Source: Lingula anatina
Taxonomy: Eukaryota > Animalia > Brachiopoda
Length of the DNA stretch: 64,000 nucleotides
Direction: 5' to 3'
NCBI GenBank assembly: GCA_051362555.1
Contig: CM120641.1
Coordinates: forward strand, 20,212,001 to 20,276,000
Position numbers and translations under genes: made by a program. Below are positions 54,401 to 64,000 of this stretch, one piece after another; the stretch's first letter is position 1, and each line of letters opens with the position of its first letter. A model generated the notes under the pieces. That model had not been told where the DNA came from, searched no databases, and was given only the letters and a program-made list of their open reading frames with translations.

Positions 54401-55548
54401 ATATTAGTTGCAAAATTTAGGACACAGCAAATAGAATGAATTGCTAAAAAGTGGCTGTGATTATCTACAAAAAAACTTCTGCATTATTTTCAGACAGTCA
54501 GACAATGGTATGTATAAATAATAAAGAGAAGACAAATTAAACACCATGTCATAAATTAATAAACATACCAAACATCAAGAGACTAGAAATGAAGGTTTAA
54601 TGTAAATTTGCCATGCAATACAGCTGTTGCACTTTTTCAATCAGATGCAGGGCCTTCTACTAATCTGGTTACAAGTAAAGAAGCCAATTATAGGTTTACA
54701 CCCATTCTGAGACAATAGCACAGTCTCCTGAAAATGAAGTTAGAGGCAATTAACCTGGAAGAAATATGCAATATGATAGTGAAACCGTATATAATAACAA
54801 AAATATTGCTGCCACTGAATGACATAATTCTCAATTCCTGAAATGGAATAAGAAACTGTTGCCTACTTGAAAAAATATGTTAACAGTTTTTAAGAATTGA
54901 CATATCATTTTAGTAATTATATGTTGGAATAAAAGAACCTGAAATGGAAGTATATTTTTCATTTTACAATTGTTACAGTCATTAAAAAAAAAAAAAAAAA
55001 GAATAATTCTTCAAACCTAATTCATTTAACTATTCTTTAAACTTAATTTAACATTGTCAATCAATCAGGTGCATTTCTACAATTACAACATTAACCAATT
55101 TCCTGCTGTAAAATCATGTCATAAACATACCTCAGTGTAATGACCAAAATTTCTGAGAAAAAACTTTCACGATCTTTAGTCATGAGCATTAAATTTTATA
55201 CTTCGTAAATAAAACACTACAGTACTCAATGTACTTATGTATTGTATAAATTGAACACCCAGAGATTTCTTTGTACCTTGAGACTTTTAAGCTTGCCAAC
55301 ATCTCCAGCCATGGGCGAGATGGCCTGTGCTATGAAGGCATCTAGTTCTTTCTCATACATCAGAGTGCTGGGTTCCTGAGCCAACAAGAAGTGCAGGACA
55401 CAACACAATAGGACATGCTTGCTCTCCAGTCTCAATAGATCCTGTAGGGGTATCCGACAGCACATGATTTCCTTAAGGGATTCCCATTGTAACTGTAATG
55501 TGGCTGGGTCCTTCTCAAACCATAGCCTTTCAAGGGTGGGGGTGCCTC
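36340..55548 (-). CDS. FAM120B: FAM120B-like (constitutive coactivator of PPAR-gamma), last three coding exons, 5'-partial. join(55277-55548, 37860-38066, 36340-36408)
   Basis: In-frame join GGTPTLERLW...LLCCVLHFL...ELDAFIAQA...VDPRAVQLAVLFMRGL...ACGYP...MPWRCFDGKLFHLKYLQ...FDYLKSLI*. The GGTP.L..LW motif and the short C-terminus fit FAM120B better than FAM120A/C. Confidence 0.88.
37218..37276. repeat. (ATATC)n pentanucleotide microsatellite
   Basis: Read directly. Confidence 0.93.
37860..38066 (-). CDS. FAM120B: FAM120B-like penultimate exon
   Basis: VPTVDPRAVQLAVLFMRGLALGLAVLGACGYPIPLSAGMPWRCFDGKLFHLKYLQARDGADLASLCDYY; AG and GTAAGT boundaries. Confidence 0.95.
48630..48796. mobile_element. 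Short MITE (CAGGC...GCCTG family), with related fragments near 37480-37600 and 44450-44530
   Basis: Inverted repeats CAGGCCCTTAGCCAG / CTGGCTACTAGCCTG; internal CAGCAATTTCAA.AGGGGG...AAGTGGACCTTTT shared with the 37480 copy. Confidence 0.7.
53841..53934. repeat. Two-copy tandem duplication, period 55 bp
   Basis: GATTGCCTTGTGTCCAT...ACTGCTGCCATTGG at 53841 and 53896. Confidence 0.85.
54266..54510. repeat. Degenerate two-copy tandem repeat, period about 138 bp
   Basis: TTAGTTGCA.AATTT...AGAATGA.TTGCTAAAAA...TTTTCAGACA.TCAGACAATGG occurs twice. Confidence 0.7.
55277..55548 (-). CDS. FAM120B: FAM120B-like internal exon (272 nt)
   Basis: ttctag|GGTPTLERLWFEKDPATLQLQWESLKEIMCCRIPLQDLLRLESKHVLLCCVLHFLLAQEPSTLMYEKELDAFIAQAISPMAGDVGKLKSLK|gt. 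Confidence 0.93.
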
Positions 55549-58500
55549 CTAGAATAACGAATATGTAATATACATATTTCTAGTTGTGTATATATATTAT
55601 GATTTATAATATGTAAATATAATTATGTAGAAAAACTTATTCGCTCAGTTTAATAACTGTATGGCCATAATGCTAGAGGCAGGAAAGCAAGGCTGAAAAT
55701 GTAAGATACATGAATGAGCAATGAATGAAGGTGGAATAAGTCAAGGCATTTTTTAAAGATAGCATTCCCTGCAATTTTTGACAAAACAAAGAACAGATTC
55801 TGTATAACAGCATTGTGGTTTTTGCCCCCAGTCTTAATATTCTATATGTAGAATAAAGAACGAATATTTGTTCTATGGTTTTAACAATCTTTGTACAACC
55901 TGTACCATTTTAATGAACACAAACATAGGCAAACATACCAATCTGTGGTAGAAGTTAAATTATATTAAATATGTTCACTGAAAGAAAAAAAAAGTGACTG
56001 TAATATCGCTGTAAAGAGGGAGGAGGAGGGGGGGGATAAATATCTCTGTTGCTTTTGCATGTCAAGTCCCATTTCAACCTGCGTTCCATGAATAACAAAC
56101 AAATCATACCAAAAATATATTCGTAAGTGAAAAGTACCTTACCACAAATTATAAAAGCACAATATTATTTTAATATAGCTGGATAACTATACTTGAACCA
56201 TACAAAGGCTTGGTTCAGGTGGTTAGTACCCATAGGGTACTCGTGAACTAGGGATCACTTTTCCACCAGACAGTCTATGGGTATATCTATATCAACTAGT
56301 ATTCAACCATACATGCTGGAAGTCTGTGTGTTGTGTAGTATAGTGAAAGGCAACTGAGAAATTAGATAGAATCGGGCCATAGTATCTAAGTCTTGTAATG
56401 TGTGCCCGCAGACTCCTTGATTTCTAGACGTTTATCTCGAGACAGCCATACTGCCATCCCCAGGAAGCCAAAGTCATAGAAATGTTCATCTTGTTTCGCA
56501 TCTCTGCAAATACCAAAACTTGCTGAGCTGTTCTGAAGTATCCTGGTACTTCAGTTTCATTGAAAACGTATTTCTTCTGGGGGTCTAGGAGAGTGTAATG
56601 TCATATCTAATTACAAGCTCAGGCCAGGTAACAAGACTTTTTAGTCTTACTGACCTTCATACCCTTAACCTGGAGATTCAACCAGGCTAAAACACTTCCT
56701 TGAAAACATTCAGTTATTTTCTTCCTCTTGTAAACTTGCATTATACATACCTAAATCATGCCTTTGATGTAATTCTAAGTCAAAAAACATTTTAAAAAAC
56801 TCTGACAAATTATTAAAAAGAGAACAATACTTAGAATTACATCAACCTGTTGTTAGAAAATATAAATAAAATTAAAAGATCAATTTTTTTTTCTGATAAT
56901 TTTTTTCTGTTTGTATTTCATACCAAAACCAAGCAGCCTAGTGCTTTGGGCTGACCTTACATGCCAATATCATTAAAACCAGATGGTCTGGGGGGCTGTT
57001 CCCATCTGATTTCAAGGAACTCATCATCTGATCATGATGCACTCTGTCCAGAACCATCTGATTATGAACAAAGCTAATTATAAAACTATAAATTGAGACT
57101 TCTGAATATGTGCGTTTGTGTCTGCTCATCATTAGATTGTGGAGAACACTGACCGGTCAGTTTCTGGAGTAAAGTAGGAAATGGTGCTCATTTGTTCACC
57201 TGTTCACTAAGTGGTGTAAAGGTAGGGTGAAGTTGTTTGTCTGAGGTGGTGTTCACATGATGCTTAGATATGCTGGGTCTGATTCGGTCCAAAAGCCTTC
57301 AGTTGTCATTATTGGTATCAAGTGAGAGTCTGCACTGTAGTGGTTCATTTCTACTCGTGATATTATTTTGAACAGAATATCATAACCCAAAGTTGCTTCC
57401 TATGGAGCCAAGCTGTGCATGTACCAAGTTGATTAAAATCAAAACTGTTGACTTCGTTTTAATCAAAACAAATCAGGTTCAGACTAAATATATCTGAATT
57501 CTGTGTGAACATGGCTTGAACTGTTTCTACCTGGATATTCAGGTTCAAGTCCCAAGTACTTTATGTAACTACACAGCCTATATCAGCCAGTGCATGTTTG
57601 GGTAAACAGCAGATATTTTGACATTTCACTGAAAAAGCAGTATTATTTGCGCATCTCTTGAGGAGCTTCAGATAAGGTAGGTGCTGTTTGCTCATGTTTT
57701 ACCAAGAAGTTTGAATCCGAACTTAGTTAACCTATCAAAGATAGGGTACAGCGTAAATAGCACCTGGAAGACAGAGAGACAGAATACGAGCACAGGTGGC
57801 TGGTAAAAAATGGGGCCATTTTTTTTTGCAGGTGGAAAACTCGATGCCTGTCTATCTTGGTCGTTTAATTTAAATGTTTGCACTGATCTCTGCTACAACA
57901 AGAAGGTCGAGATGTGCAAATGTTTGTTGAAGACTGTTTTTCAAGAAGAAATAAAAAATCAACACAGTGACAAAAGGAGTTTTTTTAATATGTGCAGAAA
58001 AGTGGAAATGTCTTTGTCACCAACTCACTTTAAAACAAATATGTAAGCTGTTTTTTATTGTCATGTCTGCCATTTTCACTTAAATTCTCCTTATTCATAT
58101 CCTTCCATGCAATAATTTCTTGAAGATTTCTTCTGAGTCTTAAACAGCAGAAAACGAAGACACCACTCAATTGTTTTCTGTGCCTAAATGCATCAAGTTT
58201 TTGAAGAATCAAATTAAACTTTAATATAGTAATTTAAATTTTCACTTTCAAAAAGGTAACAATTTATTCTTCTTCCCAGATTGACTTCTTCGATGTCCCA
58301 CATGACCTAGTGAATTCAGGGAAGGTGAAGCATATTGAAGGACACAGCAGATTAGTAAGTCATACCAAACCTTATACTTTCAATTGTATTGTCTGAATCA
58401 TATTTCTTTGTCACTGTCACAACTTACTTTTTACTAGGCCAAGCAAAAATGAAAAGTTGGTTAACATGGGCAGCCAAGCCCAATTTTGAGAAAATCAATT

Positions 58501-61500
58501 TTCTTTTGCACTACTTAAAAAAAGGCATTGGCTATTGGTTTGGTAATTGGAGACAATTTACAACTATGTAAGAAATACCCTACATGCTGTTGCTTAAAAT
58601 CACCAACACTAAGAATTTGATATAAATTTCATCTAACAACCTTGTCCACAGAGTGACTGCCATAAAGCAGCTTACCAGTTTTGTCTGGCCATCTTTCACT
58701 CTGCTTGTTCAGCTGGATTGCTTATTGTATCTGCATATGCATCTAAAAATGTTTGCAATCCCATCACTGACTTTAATCAGAAATTATCTCATCAAGTTCA
58801 GCAGACAACATGATATTTACAATTTAAGGCACAATCAACAGAACCCCTATGCCATCTAGGTGACACAAATGTATTTTCAGTCTAAGTTAGCCCAGTAGTG
58901 AACACATCCTCAAATACGTGGATCACAATCTCACCTACCACACTCTAACAACCTGTCATAACACTATTCTGATTTTTGGGGGAATGGGGGAAGGTGGGGA
59001 GGGGTGGTGGCTACCTCTTAAAGGAGCAAAATTGCCAACAGGGCATTTTAACCACCAAGCATGACAGACTGACATTCTCAGACTATGGCAAAATAAAACG
59101 AAGTAATTTGTGATTAAGAAAAATGTTAACTACCAATCCTAGAATGGAATGAAAGAAAATAAAAATGCACTGACCACTCCTGTTTTTTTGGATTTGACAA
59201 AATGTTATCATACTTTGTCATTATAGAGAAAAATGGTACTATGAGAGATCTTGGACAACTTGTCAGAAAGAAATATGAAATTTTACCCCTGAACTTAAGA
59301 CTTACACAGGATTAAAGAGTGTGTTTTGAAGAATTTGTTTAAATAAAAAATTTTGTGAAATGCTAAACGATTTTTTTTTTAAAGAGAAGAAAAAAAATCA
59401 AAATTCACTCGGTATGTGTATCATCAAGCAAATGCTTTTAGAGAGATTCTCCAACATCCTGGAGAGAACAGCTGTACCCACTGTGCCTGTTGAGCCGGCA
59501 TCTCTCTCCACATCCTGAATATTCAATCCTACATATCTCTTACTTCCTTTTCTCTGATTATCTGCTCTTCTCATCCCAGGCTGACTTTCATCTATGCCTA
59601 AAATGACCTTTTTGGAAAATATTTAAATGACAATCATTCTACTTTTTTTTTGTTTGTTTGTTTTTTGCATATTTGTATTCCCTGATGGTTGAAAACGTTT
59701 TTTATAGAAAATGGAAGAAAACAGAAAGTTAATTTAATATTTCACAAGCATGTCAACATTTTGAATGCTAAAACTTGACTTCAAATATGAGCAAACGCAG
59801 CCTGGCAAAGATTCTGCCAGAAGGAGACCGCACAGTGCATGTGAACTGGTCTGTGAACAGCAGGAAGGACCAATAAAATTGATATTAATCTAATCTTCAT
59901 CATCTCCCTCAATTTTGTCACATTCTTTGTCTCAGTCTCTGATTTTTCTTGCTTCTTATTTATGTTAATGTGGTGTTAGCCACAGGAAGTGAATGCAGTC
60001 GCATACCATTTACCTTGTAATCAGCAACACAATTGGTGTAAGTTTGACGATTAATGTGGAAAGAATTTGTAGATATGTGCATTTCTACAGGAAGGACAAG
60101 TTCCTGATTTTAATACTTGTTAAGTGATTATAACAATTGCTAGGGGGAAAGGGCATCAGGTTACAACCCCATTTCAAAACTTTCTGTTTAACGTGTTGCT
60201 TTAAAAAAAAAATGAAAAAATATTCTGCGCTTTTTTAATTTACAATATAAATTTATAAAGGTCACCATTTTCTAATCTCAAGACAAACATTGATTAAATG
60301 ACATATCATCTTTATTGGCAAAAATGAGGGCAAAAATTAACATTTTCCAATAAAAAAGCCAGTATCAAGGTAACTTTCAAGGTGTATATTTATGAAGTTC
60401 TCGTTAAATAAATAAACTACCAGCAGTTTCAGCTGCCAGCAGAGACCAATACTTCCATCTATCCATGAGCTGTCACACTGAGCTCAGTGCTGGGTTATGG
60501 ACCATTTGCCCACTTATGGAAACCATAATATTTAACCTACTCTAGGGATTAATACAGGGACATGCTGCCACGCTCCTCGTTTACTAATTCACTTCCTTAA
60601 TAGGACAACTTTGAGCTACTGTGTGGATTTTTTTATGCTTTCCTTTGCTCGATTTCCTTTCCAAATGATGAAATGATCTACGCTCCTGCTGACACCAGTT
60701 AACACATTCCTTCCACTGCCATCGCAGGAAAGTGAATATATGTAACAGCCCACAAAAAACATAATACAGGCAGAGATTGAAAGAACTTTTAACCCTGGGC
60801 CTTTGTTAACTTGTTGGTGTTGTAACTGCAGACATTGCTATATCAGCCTGTGTATTTCAGACTGACATTCAGCTAACTAATCACGTAACAAGAAATCATC
60901 GGGTAAGGTTTGTAAAATAGACCCCCATTTGTCAAATTCAACCACAAACCTAATTTTGATTTGCACCTAGACCTCTGTCATGTTGTTAATGCAGTAAACA
61001 ATCCATTAAGCCACAGAAGCACTTTAAAACAGTCAGAATAGATTGAAATAACTTCCAACAGAAATGCTGTAATATATATATGTAACATGTCTGACTAATA
61101 TGACATCTCTGGCTTCAATTTCAAAACAAGAGTTACTTTCTCACGCTTTAAATCAACCCCCTCCATCAACTGTCTAGATAGACTGATAATAGGCATCAAA
61201 CCCCTGATACATTGACTACCTGTACGATTAGATGGGTATAGACAAGGATTACATTGTTCAGTAAGGAAAAAAAAACTATTTTAATTGGCTTACATAAAAA
61301 AAACTCACATTGGTTACACACATATTTACATACACACAAAAAAAAAAAAAAAAAAAAAAAAAAGAAAAAAATGCAATGACACCACAATCCTAAGAATGAC
61401 ATGCAATAACCTATTGTTCCTTACATGATTACCAGTGACACTGAGCTCTCTGTGTAGAGCTGACAAGGAAGAATCACAAACAATGCCAAATATAAATCTC

Positions 61501-64000
61501 TCCAGGTACAGGTTCTCTGATATATATCATCTTTGTATGAACAAGGTATCAGTAATCTGCCTCTATCTCCAACCTACTCAGCAGAACAGAAGTCATCCTT
61601 TGACCCTCGGATACCTCTTACAATTGGGGGTCAATTGTCCCTTCCACGTGTGTTTAAAGTCCCTGTTTATACACCTGATTATCAGTGCAATTTAAGTAGT
61701 AGCGACTTAATAATAATCATGTTCTAACAAAGTCAGCAAACACTGGCAGAAAGAAAGTCGCGTGGCCTGTCAATCGTATCATTTCTACCATAAATACAGC
61801 TACATAACCTCATCTGATATATGTAATGCATTGAGAATGTTGAGATAACATAAAGATTGCCAAAGACAAAGTCGACAATTGAATACTGCTCATTTTTCAT
61901 ATCATCTACATGATGAATGATCAATCCAACTAGTCTTATTTTATGACAATGGCCTTGAAAAAATTGTGCATGATAGTCCAAAGATGACAGGCACAGAGAG
62001 AAATATTCCTCACAATACAAAATGCCCTCCACATCCATTTTTCAAGTACAAAACCCCTCGCATCATCAGGCAGGCAGTCTCTTACCATCAGTCAAATCTA
62101 AACCAAGGTAGCCCGCGGCGCTGACGGGGCTCAAGAAGTCTTTGAAGTGACAGTGGTAAAGCTAGAACCGGTGACAGGTTCTTAACTAGTGTGCAGATCA
62201 TAACCCACTGCTCTCATGAAGAAGTGTCACAACATTACATGAACTTCTGCCTTTTAACATGTCCCCAAGTCATGACTAAGCACTCGCTCATAAAGCAGGT
62301 ATGAGACACATGGGAAACAACTTATCTATCTTGTCTGTTGAGATTAGTCCACTAGTTTTAGGAGCTCCCTGAGCCCATTGTTTCGCCTATATCATCTACT
62401 GATAATAGCGACATTTAGGGATGTGCTATTAATTCCGAACTGGTGATAATACAAGTAACATCACGTAAACATAGCTTATCACACGAGCAATCTGCTATGA
62501 AACTGAGGGACGTGAGGCCCGTTTTGGACGAGCATATTTGGGGTTTTAGTAAGCAACGGGGCTGCTGGATCGGAAGATACATACACACAACCTAGATTCA
62601 TACCACCACCTGGAGTGATCTCAAATCTTCTCAGTTGGGATAGGAGAAAACCTGGAACCTTGCCTTCCTCCTGAACTATACACAACCTCAGGTATTTATA
62701 GTTACAACACAACTTTTGATTTTTCCGTGCATTCATTGGGTCCGACACCTGTAATAGAGTTGTTCTGGTCCATCTAGGACCACCATGGGCAGAGAATAAC
62801 TGGCAACTTGTCAATAACTCAACAGGTATGATATGTATTGCACAAACACTGGCTGGGCCAGGCATTAGATCATGCTGGACAGCATGCCTTACTATAATAG
62901 CACAGCCTTTTCTTTTACTACCTTTTTTCTTTTTTCGTCATGTAGGGGTGCTTAGAAGTATCTGTCAATTTCTAATCATTACCTGCTCAAATAGAGTTAA
63001 ATTTTAGAAATATGAATTCTGTACATTAATATTTTTAAAAAAGAAACATTATTAACTATTATTAAATTTGACAAATTTGAATCATATCCGACCTTGAATA
63101 AAGAACTTGACAAACACACACATAAAATATAGATAGATAAGTCATTTAAAACCTGGATGTAAATAATTAGACAAAGTAATTATTACCCAAGAATAACTAG
63201 CAGCCAGGCAAGTCCGTATTACATGAACCCCTCCCACTGAAAAACACCCATCAGTAGTAATGATAAAATATTATGAGGTAACATGATGTAAAACTGAATA
63301 AGAATTTGTGCCAGTGAACAGTTTATCACAACAGATAGTGATCAAGGACTGATGGAAATAGATAAGAGAGCATCAAAATACACTTATGATAGCTCGAGTA
63401 TTGAGATTATGAAACACACGAAGTCCCTGGGCACGCAAAACCCATTCAATCAGTCAAAATTTAAAGAGTGCATGACACAAACAGGTACGGACGGACACTG
63501 GAATTTCATAGGTCAGAGCCAGTCTGTGTTAGTACACATTTCCATTCTAATCCATAACATATTTAGAAGATAAGGTTAAAAAGTTGTTACCCTTTGGCAC
63601 ATCTGCAGATTTTCTTTTTTCAAGGAAAAAGAGACTTGGAATTCTCCAAGTGCCTTTTCATTGAGAAAAGGTCAAAGTTTCTTCGTACTTGATGACTGCC
63701 TGATTAAGCCGAGCTTACCATAGGCAACGAAACGTCATGATTCTGTTCTGTCACCTAACACCACGCCAATCCCTTAGTACAGTGCGAGACTGGGAGGTTA
63801 CATCTGGGAGGTTACATTTGCTGTCCAGGTTGACCTCAGCCCTGCCCACAGTACCGAGAAAAGTCGACCCATCCCCAATGGAAATGTACCTTTTCATTTA
63901 AGTATATAGTAGATTGTTTTTCAGCTTAGACTTATACGTGCATAGCTGATGAGTTACATAGTACCATTATCTAGCCAGACATTAATCACCTTGGTTTTAA

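Noticed and set aside
56957-57058. Exon-like 102-nt segment on - (cag|MVLDRV...ACK|gtcag)
   Set aside because: The only open frame is phase 0, incompatible with the phase-1 FAM120B acceptor, and no homology was recognised.
62086-62161. Exon-like segment on - (ag|LYHCHFKDFLSPVSAAGYLGLDLTD G|gtaaga) with a phase compatible with the 55548 exon
   Set aside because: The peptide does not resemble the expected upstream FAM120B sequence and the pyrimidine tract is weak. RNA-seq would be needed.
62479-62865. 128-aa minus-strand ORF
   Set aside because: No recognisable motif, no similarity to FAM120, and no convincing splice context.

Overview
AT-rich, intron-rich animal genomic DNA, most likely from an invertebrate bilaterian (a lophotrochozoan such as a mollusc is plausible, but the sequence does not prove this). 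It contains three spliced genes, reconstructed by hand from splice sites and frame continuity. (1) Son of sevenless (SOS, a Ras GEF) on the minus strand: a candidate non-coding first exon near 17.4 kb, then 20 coding exons from ATG 12669 running off the left edge (histone-fold, DH, PH, REM and most of the CDC25 domain). One of its introns is a clear U12-type AT-AC minor intron (3120-3409). (2) A complete TIMM50 on the plus strand (10 exons, 18695-25248, 397 aa), head-to-head with SOS across about 1.2 kb. (3) The last three coding exons of a FAM120B-like gene on the minus strand (55548 to 36340), separated by very large introns (17.2 kb and more than 8.4 kb). Intronic repeats include several MITEs, a Harbinger-type MITE nested in a decayed RTE LINE, and a Helentron-associated (HINE-like) element. 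The most interesting signal is the gene order TIMM50(+), FAM120B(-). In human, TIMM50 neighbours DLL3 and FAM120B neighbours DLL1, so this window looks like part of the ancestral Delta locus. That predicts a Delta gene beyond the right edge and Delta enhancers inside the large FAM120B introns, where several Su(H)/CSL sites and E-boxes are visible. Most ORFs in the supplied track are spurious intronic or antisense frames.
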